Part shown: in pieces, positions 1 to 16,358 of the stretch
How positions within the stretch are numbered: position 1 is the first letter of the stretch
Layout of the letters: each line of letters starts with the position of its first letter
Assembly (NCBI RefSeq): GCF_006345805.1
Contig: NC_043004.1
Coordinates: 930,001 to 994,000 of the forward strand
Source: Octopus sinensis
Taxonomy: Eukaryota
Length of the DNA: 64,000 nucleotides
Direction: 5' to 3'
Made by a program: the position numbers and the translations under genes
The notes under the pieces: generated by a model
Databases searched by the model: none
What the model was told of the DNA's origin: nothing
The model's input: the letters and a program-made list of their open reading frames with translations, nothing else

Positions 1-71
1 ATTTATTGACTTTTTTCTTTCCTTTAAAAATCGGCACGAACTTTCCGGACAACCCGATATATATAAACACG

Positions 72-153
<82 letters not shown>

Positions 154-294
154 CACACTTATACATATACATGCTGCACAAATGATATGTTAATGGGAAT
201 GAAATACTTGTGCTGTACAATGACACTGTAAACCACAAATAATTAGAGACCAACGTGAAATGTGTTTTGGTCAAGAATAGAACGCATCATTCAC

Positions 295-1505
295 GCGTTC
301 ACATCATCATCATCATTGTTCGACCGTGGTCGAGACAATGGAATTTACCATGCTACGCCAGACTTCACGGTCCATCATGGCATTACGGAGGTCCTGTTGC
401 TGGATGCCTGTATCCCTGGAGATTACATCAGGGTAGGAGAGTGTGCGCCCTCTGGTATTGCGAGTAGATGGCTTCCAGAGGAGAAGAGTAGAAATTACTT
501 CTTTTTCAGCTCTACAATGTCCAGCAAACTGGACTCTCCTACCTTTCACAAGAGATGACACAGGTGGTAGTTTCCCATATATTTGCATTTTGGTTGGATG
601 GCGCTTCCACGAGAGATTTTGAGCTCTCATAAGGAGGCGAGTGTAGGTTCCATCCAACCGCCTCTCAAGCTTCTTTGATAACGTCCAGGTTTCTGAGCCA
701 TATAGTAGAATTGGTTCGACTGTGGCTTTGAATATTTCAAGTTTGAAGTCTCTACTTAGATTTGATGACCAAATCTTATGCATGTCATTACAGGTTGACC
801 AGGCCATACCCTTTCTAGTTAGAAAGTCTTTTCCAGATGATGATATGTATGACCCAAGATACTTATAATCAGAAACCATATTTAAGGGCGCGTTGTTGAG
901 AGTATGGATGATGCAATCACTGTTGGACAGGCACTTGTTTATGTATTCAGTTTTGGTCTCATTGAGGTAAAGACTTACACAATTTGAGGCTTGTTCAAGA
1001 GATTGTAAAAGAGACTGGGCATTGGAGAGAGAATCACTGATAAGAGCGATGTTGTCAGCAAAGTCAGTGTCTGTCAAGTACTCAGCTGGGTGTCTGGAAC
1101 TTCTTCTTGGTTTTATTTCAAAGCCCTTGCCAGAGATGGTATCAACTGACATACGTAGCACATAATCAACAACAATGATGAAAAGAAATGGGGCGAGTGT
1201 GTCTCCCTGCAGTATTCCGGCTTTGATTGAGAAAGATGATGTTTCTCCGTCAGGGGTTAAGCTGGTTGAAGACGTATCTGTGTAGAGGACCTTGATGGCA
1301 GAAATGATTTTGTCTGGTATCCCATAGAGCTTAAGGATTTCAAACATCTTGTACCTATCTACAGAATCGAACGCTTTAGAAAAGTCTACAAATACCATTG
1401 CAAGATCGCGATTAAATGCTTTTGATTCTTCAATAAGTCTGCGTAGGCATAGTATCTGGCTCAGCGTTGAGCGCCCATGTCTGAATCCATTTTGGTTCTT
1501 TCGGA
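295..1505 (-). mobile_element. 5'-truncated RTE-clade LINE (RT and C-terminus)
   Basis: Uninterrupted frame QNGFR..GRST, DFSKAFDSV, GILQGDTLAPFLF, FADNI, YLGS, LLYGSETWTL, followed by a (TGA)n tail at the 3' end. Confidence 0.92.
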
Positions 1506-1586
1506 GCACACACACACACACGTTCACACACACACACATTCACACACACACACGTTCACACACACACACGTTCACACACACACACG

Positions 1587-1651
<65 letters not shown>

Positions 1652-1655
1652 TCAC

Positions 1656-1789
1656 CTTGTTCGATTTGTTTTCGTCACAACCTAATAATCTGCAATATTT
1701 CCGTGCGTCTGATCTGTTTTCGACAAGAAGAGCTGACCTTACTGAAAAGCAATAAGGTTCGACATTATCAATTCTGCCATCATATTTCA
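1656..1789 (-). CDS. Exon with C-type-lectin-like N-terminal half (V-KYDGRIDNVEPYCFSVRSALLVENRSDARKYCRLLGCDENKSNK), phase 1->0
   Basis: Acceptor tttttttaaacag|TG, donor AAG|gtgaat. YCF...DARKYC..LG resembles the CTL CYxF...AxxxC..xG pattern. Confidence 0.7.
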
Positions 1790-1825
1790 CTGTTTAAAAA
1801 AAGGCGTATAAATAATCACATTCAT

Positions 1826-2250
1826 ACGTATGTCTGCATGTATGTATGTCTGTACCTACGTATTTATGTTTGTTTGTATGTATGTATGTATGTATGTATG
1901 TATGTATGTATGTATGTATGTATGTATGGTATGTATGTATGTATATATGTATGTATGGTATGTATGTATGTATGTATGTATGTATGTATGGTATGTATGT
2001 ATGTATGGTATGTATGTTTGTATGTATGGTATGTATGTATGTATGTATGTATGGTATGTATATTGTATGTATGGTATGTATGTATGGTATGGTATGTATG
2101 TATGTATGTATGTATGTATGTATATATGGTATGTATGTTTGTATGTATGTATGTATGTATGTATGTATGTTTGTATGTATGTATGGTATGTATGTATGTA
2201 TGTATATATGTTTGTATGTATGTGTATGTGTGTATGCTTACACACACACA
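1826..2250. repeat. (TATG)n microsatellite, representative of many (CA)n, (TA)n, (TATG)n, (TAA)n and (AG)n tracts
   Basis: Directly visible. Other large tracts at 65-145, 1508-1650, 3438-3556, 4490-4730, 12620-13230, 13610-13870, 17570-18360, 23850-24110 and 48893-49045. Confidence 0.98.
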
Positions 2251-2280
2251 CAATAAGAATAGTTAACAATACAAAATTAC

Positions 2281-2387
2281 CCGCAGCTGCCTCCTTTGGT
2301 GAGTACTTCATCATACCATCGCATAACAGAAGCCATTGCCTTAGACCGCTCTGCGTGAATTTGTTTCTAATTTCAAAGCAAGGTTGA
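2281..2387 (-). CDS. Exon of putative secreted protein (D-QPCFEIRNKFTQSGLRQWLLLCDGMMKYSPKEAAA), phase 2->1
   Basis: Acceptor tttgttagtttcag|T. Two same-phase donors: GATG|gtatga at 2317 and GCGG|gtaatt at 2281. The phase matches exon 9454-9608. Confidence 0.7.
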
Positions 2388-2494
2388 CTGAAACTAACAA
2401 ATATGAGAAATGAGAGTTTAAGCATAATTCTATAAAGTTTATTATGAAGTCTTTTACGATTGTTCTTATGACTATCAGTTTTGCCACCTTTCCA

Positions 2495-2531
<37 letters not shown>

Positions 2532-3437
2532 GCGCACACACACACACGCACACACATACACACGCACACGCACACGCACATATATTATAAGTTGTAATGT
2601 TACCGGTGCTATTGTATAAATGATATTACAGTTTCTAGCGGGGTATATAATTTAGTCGAAAGGAGATTTACTTACATAAAGCCATTGCAAATATACATAA
2701 TATGATCAGTAGGGTAGAACGTCATAGAAAGGGAAAAAAGGTGTAATCACCAAAAATATGATGAAGTTAGACTAACTAGGCAGGGGTTTTCCTATAGCAC
2801 ATCGCATACCACAACATATAGCTTATAACACATGCAATTTATAACTCAATACCCCATGATTTTATTACATATATAACTCAATACCCCATGATTTTATTAC
2901 ATCTAATACTAGAGGGTAAGTTTACAACGGATACGACACCAAAATTAATTTCCACCATCAAAGTTCGAGTTTGGCACCTATAATCACTAATTTCGAAAAT
3001 ACTTAAATGTATGGGTGACACTATGCACGCATGATACCCTTAGGTCTAATCTATTATTAATCAGGTTGTTCTTGACCCTATACTTAAAATCTCATAAGTT
3101 TCTATAGAACACAGCTGACACTCGTATCGACTATCTCTATAAGACTGCGCTTTCCGTATTATATCCCATTTAAGGCTAAATTCGATCCCGCTTTCCTTCA
3201 GTTCCCAAATCTTGCTACATTAGGACGTACAATTGGCTTTATGTTTGAAATATGGTTATTGATACGTTTTTTTCATATTTATCGAACATTCTATATATAC
3301 AAAGTTACCAGCCTCAGTTATGATTGTACATTTATAAATTACGCTTTGGATTAGACATCGGCCTAATAAGGGACAGTGAGATTTAACTCTACAGTTGCAA
3401 CCAAGGGCATTACTACTATTAATATCACTGATATTCC

Positions 3438-7100
<3,663 letters not shown>

Positions 7101-7810
7101 CTTTGATATCCTTACCTATTAACCTCTTATCCCCTATAAGTTGTTACTGTTCTTAAATAGATATTTTTCAGTTACTTAGGTCTATGCGAGATGGCTATAC
7201 TATATCCATGTAAACGTATAAATATTTGTATATGTGTATATATGCATATATGTGCAGAACCTATTAAACTCTTATCCCTTATAAATTCTTGTCTTTCTTC
7301 TTCATAAATAGATAATTTTCATTGCTTAAGTCTATGCGAGATGGTTATGCTATATTCATATAAATGCATATTTGTGTATGTGTACATTGCTGCGGATAGA
7401 TAAATACAAGCTATGACCCCAGTGGGCTTCATGCCTTTCCTGGGAGTGTAGTCTATTCTTAGCTACAATAGCGATAACATGAATTTCTTCCATCTTCTTG
7501 CTCTGTTAAAGTATTTGAGAAAAATTATATTAATGTGTCCAACTGATTAAAATTCTATTCATTTGTGCAGCTGATGATAGCTTTGCATATAAATTGATGT
7601 AATGCTTGCATTGTTCAATTAAATGGAGTCGCTCGAAACGGTCATACTGCATCAATTCTTGATATCCTGTTGCTTATTTTGATTTTATTCTCCTTCGAAC
7701 TGTGTGTATAATACCGGACTGATTTGGCGCTCAAATTTAAACACATAATTCAACTGAAATTCAGTTATTTCTTATACATACATACATACATACATACATA
7801 CATACATACA

Positions 7811-7844
<34 letters not shown>

Positions 7845-7892
7845 CATACATACATACATACATATATACATACATACACACACATGTATATT

Positions 7893-7926
<34 letters not shown>

Positions 7927-8152
7927 ATAGAAATATTAAAATTACTAAGTCTCTCTAAAGGAGATTACGGCAGCGTTACTGGAAATTAATAGTTATCGCC
8001 ATACTAATATGGCAGTCTTATAAATATAAGACTAAAGCTGTAATTTTAATATTTCTATTATTGAAAACAAGTCGATGTATTCCACTGAAACTAGGTAAAT
8101 AGATTCTTCGAACAGGGACAGTCAGTAGCGACACCTGCTGGGTCTGACTACG

Positions 8153-8193
8153 CTGCATTGATAAAGGGCAAATACCCTGAAACATGTCTGCAG
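8153..8193 (+). ncRNA. Minimal type I hammerhead ribozyme (Penelope/retrozyme type)
   Basis: CTGCA (stem I) - TTGATAA (core, U3-A8) - AGGG caaata CCCT (stem II) - GAAA - C AT G - TC (cleavage after 8188) - TGCAG (stem I'). Confidence 0.7.
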
Positions 8194-8360
8194 CTGTCTG
8201 ACTGGCAGGATGAAGCGGCTGACCTCCCCTGTTCGAAGGTTTATAGTGGACGCAGGTTGTGTGTCAAATAGCTAGCTTGAGGCAATGGCCTCATGGAGAT
8301 AATCAACAACAGCTTTAGTCTTATATTTATAAGACTGCCATATTAGTATGGCGATAACTA

Positions 8361-8407
<47 letters not shown>

Positions 8408-8831
8408 CAAAAATGGGACAAAAGTGCAAAACATCCAGACAGACGATACAAAGAAAAAAAGGACGGGACATTCGGAGTTTTCTATCCTCAGTCGAGTTCC
8501 AGATTATCTTTGCAATTTCTGCTGGGTATACTCGAGATTACTCCAATCTGGCCAGCCCCATGAAAAAACTAAGCTAAGAGCACTAGATTCCTTGGAAGAA
8601 AGCATATGAATTGATGTAATGATTGCATTGTTCAATTAAATGGAGTCGCTTGAAACAGTCGTATTGCATCACTTCTTGATATCCTGTTTCTTATTTTGAT
8701 TATATACATATTAACGTCTATTGAAAAGGTTGCAAATTGCAATAATAAATGAGTGGAAACTGAATCGCTGAGTGTGTTAAATAAGACACTAAAAGAGAAT
8801 GACTCTCCACCAGGCACAACAATATATATAA

Positions 8832-8893
<62 letters not shown>

Positions 8894-9453
8894 AGTATCT
8901 ATAGTTATATATTATTTGTATTATAATATATGCTCCATTTAGAGCACCTAAACCTAAACAATTGACTGGAAAAGATGGGCGAACGACTGGGAATCGAACA
9001 CATCAACATTTACATGGCTCTGTGCGCACCAATTCAAACATAGAGCCCATAGTTGTTATTGAAAAGGTGCTATGTGGGTCGCTCTTCTCTGATTTACAAC
9101 CTTCGGGTATGTTTACAACTTTATATATATATATATATACGCGTGTGTGTTTATATGTATATGTATGTATCTGTGTGTGTGAGGGAGTGTGGTGTGTTAC
9201 GAATACTTAGGTGGCAAGCTGGCAGAATATTTAGACATCCACTAATCCCTTACACAATTTATTCCCTTCTCTCAAATCGCTGACCTTGTGCATAAGACAG
9301 AAGCAATTATTACAATCATTTATATAAAGGATGAATTTCTCGTGGTTGCTTGGTTTCTGTCCTCAGTTTTGAGTGTGACTTAGTGAAATCATTTACCATA
9401 AAATCATTGTATTGCTTAAAAAAAACGTAAGAAAGAAACAGGATAATATATAC

Positions 9454-9608
9454 TCATTATTGAAAAGGAATTCCTCTTTGTCATTAAATGTCCATGTGCC
9501 TGGAGAAATAACTTTATCTACCTCGAACCACGATGAAGCATTCGACCCCGTTCCATTGAAAGATAAACGTTGAACAACATCGGAATCGCCTCTCAGATTT
9601 AATCTCAC
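9454..9608 (-). CDS. Exon of putative secreted protein (VRLNLRGDSDVVQRLSFNGTGSNASSWFEVDKVISPGTWTFNDKEEFLFNN), phase 0->2
   Basis: Strong acceptor cctttcctttctacttgcag|GTG, donor ATGA|gtatat. The FNGTGS..SWF motif is recalled from uncharacterised mollusc and amphioxus proteins (not searched). Confidence 0.75.
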
Positions 9609-9859
9609 CTGCAAGTAGAAAGGAAAGGAGGATTAGGAAATAATCTGAGATAAAGGGGACGGGAAAGAGAGAAAGAGAAGGAGAGAGAGAGAGAGAGAGA
9701 GAGAGTTGGAGGGAGAGAGGACGCAAATAGAAGACACGGATAAAGAGTGAGAGAGTGTGAGTGAGTGTGGATACATAAAGAAAAAAGAGTGAGGGTAGAG
9801 AAGAAAGTGACAGAAGAGATAGAGAGGGAGAGAAAGGTGAAGAAGGAAAACGGTAGAGA

Positions 9860-11860
9860 GAGCAACTGTTCGACCTTAGCTCCACCAATCCATGATGCTC
9901 GTGCAGGACAGTTTCGTTGCTCTGCTCGCATCTCGGACAGGTATGACTTATGGCACTACCATACCCGAAGAGTTCATCTCAACCCAGCAATGCCGATCTA
10001 GTACCACTTACCACTGCCATAACAGACATCTTTGTATATTATCCATAGACTCTGGCCCGAAAGTCCTCCGGAACAGAGCAGCCAGTGGATTCCCATCAGA
10101 AGTTCTCTGATGACGACATCGCTCTTACACCTCACTAATCCTCTATGGAATACGACGAAATAGCATCCATCACTGACTGCGTTGCTCTAATGGCAGAGAG
10201 ATGCAAGCATCTGAGGACTCTCCAGCTGTCAGGCGCCCAGACTCGGTTAACGTTTCATCTAGTACTGCAGCACTGACAGAGAGACTAGCAGCAGAAAAGT
10301 GTGTCTAACAAACGGCAACTATACCTGAACCCCGATACAGAAACACTGGAGATGTCGTAGCCTCATTGCATGTCTGCAAGTCATCAACCAAGGTGTGCCC
10401 AGTCCTCCACTCAGCTGATGCAGACAGCAAATGGAGTGCCTGAGCAGTAGAATGCGTCCTCTCCAGAGAAAGCTGAAGAATTAGCACACCATTTTCACCA
10501 TCCACAAAGCAGAGGAAACCACAACAGAGGGTAGTAAATTATAGACACGATGAGAGCATTTGCCACCCACACCACATACTGGGCAAGTGGATATGGTGTT
10601 GAAACACCCCGCCCTTCGGTCTGATGTGGAGAAGGATATCCTTTGTGCTTCTATTCTGAAGGCATGGCCTATCATGTAAGTCATGTCCAGCTCCACCGAT
10701 TTCTTTTCTGAGTCTAGGAAAATGGTCCGTATTCAGAGATCAAGACCATTCTGAAACAACGCAACAACTCCATCATCCATTCCCGGAAGTTTTGTAGATG
10801 CATACAGTTCGTAGTCACCGAAGATGGGTACAAATGCTCGTGCCACGGAAATTCTGGTCACGCCGATAGCCACCGCATCGATATCTAGTAACTTGACATC
10901 ATTGAGCAGGCGTCTCTACATCCAAGGCGACTCCAGATTATATGCATTTACATCGCCTATTATGTGATGGTCTGTCTGTTTCTGTGTCTTGTCCTCTAGT
11001 CTCTTCGTGTTTTGTCTGCTACAGCATTTTCAATTTTCCATTTTTTAAATCTCTTTTCCTTTACAAGTATCTATTCTAGTTGTCACTCCCAAACTAAGTT
11101 CGTCATGAGTCGAGTTTTCAATTTCAGAGAAATCTGTGAGAAGTGTAATGGATATTTTGCGCATTCTTGTATTATTTCTGTGTCGGGAGTTTGACTGAGT
11201 GAAGTCTCTTTGGGTGGTGGCGCTGTACGTCATATTCTTCTTTTCCTTGGAAGTGGCATTGCTGTTTGCTGCCGATATTGTTGACTTTTTATCTCGTTCT
11301 TTTAGTGCATCCGTTGTTGATATATTTATATTGTTGCTTTTCGGACAGCTGCAGTTGATGCTGCTGATGCTGCTGTTATGGTGAAGTTGATAAAAACAGA
11401 GGCTGGAGGATTCCTCATTCTTTCATTTTGTATGTGTGCACCGGACATAAAGCTTTTAGATGGTTTGTATCTCCACACATGTGGCTTCTCGTCATTCTGA
11501 CCTCAGCTGCTACGAAAAGTTGCATTCCATTTACTGCAGAAAAAGATGCGTTCAGATGGCGGGGTAGTAATCTACTACAGCACTAAAATTTCTGATATGT
11601 GTTTTTCTGTGCAATGAAAAGTAAATTGTCCCTTTTCTGTACTTAAAATATCTGTGTTGTCTCAACTTAGAAGCCCTAAATTTCCTTTCCATAGGTTTTG
11701 GTATGAGACAATTCTCTTATAAAATCTTTCAAACCCTCACTTCACTCTTTCAACGCTTTCACCATTTTCTTCAAGTTTTCGCGATAAGGCCTTTGTATTT
11801 TGAAGCACAATTTCACATTTTTTCTTCTATATTTCTAATCAGATATTCTCAACGAGAATA
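9860..11860 (-). mobile_element. Internally deleted Tx1/L1-type LINE
   Basis: ORF1 zinc knuckle HMCGDTNHLKALCP, APE N-terminus (IGDVNAYNL, VALFQNGLDL), and zf-RVT TCPRCEQSNETVLH. Confidence 0.7.
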
Positions 11861-12007
11861 CGCTCCTTCTCTCTCTCCCACTGTCTATCTCTCTCACGCA
11901 CACACACGCACACACACACACACACATTTATGTGTATGTTATCTATCAGTCTATATCTATCTATCTATCTTTATATGTATGCATACAGGCACGCATACAC
12001 ACACACA

Positions 12008-12107
12008 NNNNNNNNNNNNNNNNNNNNNNNNNNNNNNNNNNNNNNNNNNNNNNNNNNNNNNNNNNNNNNNNNNNNNNNNNNNNNNNNNNNNNNNNNNNNN
12101 NNNNNNN
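12008..12107. other. Assembly gap (100 N)
   Basis: Run of N; the true size is unknown. Confidence 1.
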
Positions 12108-12471
12108 TAGCTCATGTCCTCCTTGTTCAAGTGTTGAAGCAAAACACCAACACGCATGCGCGGGTAAGCAAGCTACTTACCACACAGCCACTCCTGCGCC
12201 TATATAATACACATATATTACATATGTAATACATATATAATGCAAAAACGCCCTGCAGACTGCGATAGTTAATAAAATTTCAAATTCACAAAATTTTTGG
12301 TAGAAGACATTTGCCCAAGGATCCACGCAGTGGGACTGAACCCGGAACTATATGGTTGGGAAGCACGCTTCTTACAACACAGCCACGCCTGCGCCTAATT
12401 ATAACTGTGTTGCTATATTCCTGCCGTGACAGTTCCGCTGTAATTAATGCTGGCTGACGGATGCAACGTAC

Positions 12472-12597
12472 AGCATTCGGAGTTTATCGGACAGACGAAA
12501 GACATTTCGGTTAATGATCCGCCATATCTGCTGAATGTCTCCAGAATCAGTGAATGGCCGAATGGCAAGCAATCACGTGATATATTAGGGCTCCGTG
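12472..12597 (-). CDS. Exon of putative secreted protein (P-RSPNISRDCLPFGHSLILETFSRYGGSLTEMSFVCPINSEC), phase 1->1
   Basis: Acceptor ctgcactttgcag|CA, donor TGCT|gtacgt. 126 nt open frame in a unique island between microsatellites. Confidence 0.55.
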
Positions 12598-12639
12598 CTG
12601 CAAAGTGCAGCGAAGATTATACATACATACATACATACA

Positions 12640-12670
<31 letters not shown>

Positions 12671-12693
12671 GTGTGTGTGTGTGTGTGAGCACG

Positions 12694-12732
<39 letters not shown>

Positions 12733-13043
12733 CATACATACATATATACATATATATATATGTATGTATGCATATATATATATATATATAGTATATGTAT
12801 ATACAAATATATATCTATGTATGTACATATATATATATATATATATACACATGCATACATACATGCATACACGCATGCATATACACTTATACGAAGGTAC
12901 ATTTTGTGTACATACATACATACATACATACATACATACATACACACACACACATACATACATACATGCATACATACAAACATACATACATACATACATA
13001 CATAATACATACATACATACATACATACACATACATACATAAT

Positions 13044-13074
<31 letters not shown>

Positions 13075-13127
13075 TACATACATACATACACATACATACA
13101 TACATACATACATACACATACATACAT

Positions 13128-13158
<31 letters not shown>

Positions 13159-13645
13159 TACATACATACATACATACATACATACATACATACACACACA
13201 TACATACATACATACACACATACATACAATAATATCATTTTATTGCAGATAAACATCTCAAGAAGCGAAGTTACCCAACAGCAACAGAAACAAATAAAGT
13301 GATGTGGCTGTATGGTGAGGGTGCTTGATTAGCAACCACGTCGTTTCGGGGTCAATCCTACTGCACGGCACTAGCGTAGCTGGATGTGGGGTGCCGCAGG
13401 GGCGCTTCGTGCCGGGCGGCTCTTTTAAAGGAACGCCACTTTTGGGTCTGCAGTAGGCGATTAGTGTTTTTTGTGGGGTCCAGAGCGCCACACATTCTAG
13501 TTACCTTGGTTCTGCGCAGCACTTTGGGCAGGGGCCTTCTACAATAGCCCCGTGTCGACCAATGCATTGTGAGTGGATTTGCTGGACTGAAACCGAAAGA
13601 TACACGTTGAATGTGTGTATGTGTGTGTGTGCGCATGTGTGTTGT

Positions 13646-13687
<42 letters not shown>

Positions 13688-13764
13688 TGTGCGTGTGCAT
13701 GTGTGTTGTGGTGTGTGTGTGTGTGTGTGGTGTGTGTGTGTGTGTGCGTGTGCATGTGTGTTGT

Positions 13765-13799
<35 letters not shown>

Positions 13800-13806
13800 A
13801 TGTGTG

Positions 13807-13867
<61 letters not shown>

Positions 13868-14939
13868 CGTGTGTGTTCGTCTGTTTGTCTTACATCTGCT
13901 TTCCCGCTCACTGTCGCTTGACAACCATTATTGGGTTGTTTACATCCAAGTAACTTAGCGGTTCGGCAATTGGGACAGGACTTTAAAATACGTAAGTTAT
14001 GGGGTTGATTTGTTCGACCGGCTGACACTCGCTAACGATACATCGAAGAGGCCAGGGAACAGAAGAAAGAAGACATGCACCCAACACCAGAGCTGAAGAC
14101 ACCTCCAAAAGGGGTGGGGCGTCGCGTCAAAACGGTAGAGGAGTAGGGGCCGAAACCGGACGTGGTTCTTCCTGATGATGTCTTGAGCTAACTGGATCCT
14201 ATAAAGGAGCTGTTGTGATAGCAGACCACGAGACACGGTTGTAATTCCTTTAAAGGCGGAATTACAGCACGGCTGCAATCCAATGACTGAAGGCGTGGCT
14301 GTGTGGTAAGAAGGTTGCTTATCAACCACATGGTTCCTGGTTCAGTCCCACCGCATGGCACCTTGGGCATGTGTTTTCTACTATAGCGTCGAGCCGACCA
14401 AAGCCTTAAGAGTGGATTTAGTAGACGGAAACTGAAAGAAGCCCGTAGTATATACATGCGTGTGTATGCGCGCGGGGAGTGGGGGTGCGCGCGGGTGTGT
14501 GTGTGTGCGTATTTGTGTGTCTGTGTTTGTATCCCACCATCTTTTGATAACCGATGTTGGTGTGTTTATGTCCCCGTAACTTAGCGGTTCGACAAAAGAG
14601 ACCGATAGAGTAAGTACAAGGCTTACAAAGAATAAGTCCTGGGGTCGAGTTGTTCGACTAAAGGCGGTTGTCAAGCAGTTTTGTGAGAAAACACACACAC
14701 ACACACACACACACATACACACACGCACGCATGCATACATATATATGCATGTTATTGTTTTATTTCAAGATTTTTTGCCAATAGAGAAAGTGTCGGTTTC
14801 TAACCTAGATCCAAGGCTCCTTCACTGGAATTTGAACATCAACAGCTGGGTATTTTTGTATGTATGTATGTATGTATGTATGTATGTATGTATGTGCAAA
14901 TTTGTATGTTTTATGTATGTATTCTCGTGCATATAGTTG

Positions 14940-15380
14940 CATATCTAGACATGCTCATATATATTTTAAATGATAAACTTCTGGAAAGTTTTTACAGATT
15001 TTTACAGTTCCAGTGATGGATTGGATCTCTAGTCTTTGAATTAGCTTTCTCTTTTCTTGTTTTGAGAAACCTAATTTCTCAAGATTGGTATTTAGGCCGT
15101 CTGTTACATTTCGCAGCGCATCCAAAATTACAAGTATGAATCTGAACTTGTAATCTGGAGAGAGTAACTGCAGATTTTTCAATAGTTCAACATAGGTATT
15201 CTGTTTTTCACTGATCTTCAGCTTTATGCTAACCTCCTCTGGGCAGCTAATTTCCACAACTGTACACAGTTTCTCTTTTCTATCCCAAATCCTTATATCA
15301 GGTCTGTTGTAAGACATTTTATTGAGGTCTTCACTGGGGCATTCCGCCAGTATTCCTTTTTTATTAAGAATGACTATGGG
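14940..15380 (-). mobile_element. R4/Dong-like LINE 3' fragment (RLE domain)
   Basis: YNRPDIRIWDRKEKLCTVVEISCP...YKFRFILVILDAL. Confidence 0.8.
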
Positions 15381-15499
15381 TTCTTATTTGTATGCATGTA
15401 TGTATGTATGTATGTATGTATGTATGTATGTATGTATGTATGTATGTATGTATGTATGTGTGTATGTATGATTTCTTTTTTTAGTTCAATTCAATGTGA

Positions 15500-16318
15500 G
15501 CCGGTTGCTATCAAAGCGACACGATTTTTTTAGTTAAGATAGTTCCGGGTGTTTGAAATATGTGGTCGGGTTGGTGTGCTGGTTGAACTGTCGATGCATA
15601 CACCAAAGTGTGTGCGTCTATTCACATAAGAATCTCACATGGAGAATTTTTGGAATGTTTTACAGATCTTCACTGTGCCACTACTCGATTGGGTTTAGGG
15701 AATCCGCGTCAATTCCTTTTGCTTCTTTTCCGTGAAGCCGAGTATTTCTAAGATTTTGTGCAAATTTGTTGGTACATAACCTAATGCACCTATGACGAGA
15801 GGTACAAATGAGAATTCATAGTCAGGGTACACGAGCTGTAAGTTCTACATCAATTCGCCTTAAATGTTCTCCTTTTCCTGAGTCTGTTGATTGTCCAGTC
15901 ACATCTGCTGGGCAGTTGACCTCTTCAACACTGCAGATTTTTGTTGCCTGTCCCACAGAACAATATCAGGTCTGTTATGTTTGCACCGAATTGATGTTTT
16001 ACTGGGATCTTTCACAAATATTCCTTGTTTTTAAGTCATGAACACATGCTGATTCTGACGTACCTTTGATGTATGTGTCAGGGCTGTCTTTCCTGCGGGT
16101 AGTATTATAAATAGTTTTTGCAACTATGTCATGCCTTAGGGGCAGATAGTATCTCGTAGACATTTTGGCGCAGCTACCGCTGATGTGGCTGAAAATTTCC
16201 CCACTGGTGTAACAAAGCCGACATTTTTTTTTTATATCACAACGTGGAGGTTTGGTGGTATCTTTGTCCCTCTTGTTTATCAGGGATTTAGTAACTATTT
16301 CCTGTTCCTGGATAGCGA

Positions 16319-16358
<40 letters not shown>

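Noticed and set aside
2285-2296. Plus-strand 12-nt microexon (cag|ctgcctcctttg|gtgagt)
   Set aside because: It overlaps a better-supported minus-strand exon, and no plus-strand gene was found.
1349-2581. Long ORFs such as 1349-2266, 12547-13256, 13358-14028 and 17561-18384
   Set aside because: These are read-through of (CA)n, (TATG)n and (TA)n microsatellites giving HT/YVCM repeats. Only small embedded exons are real.
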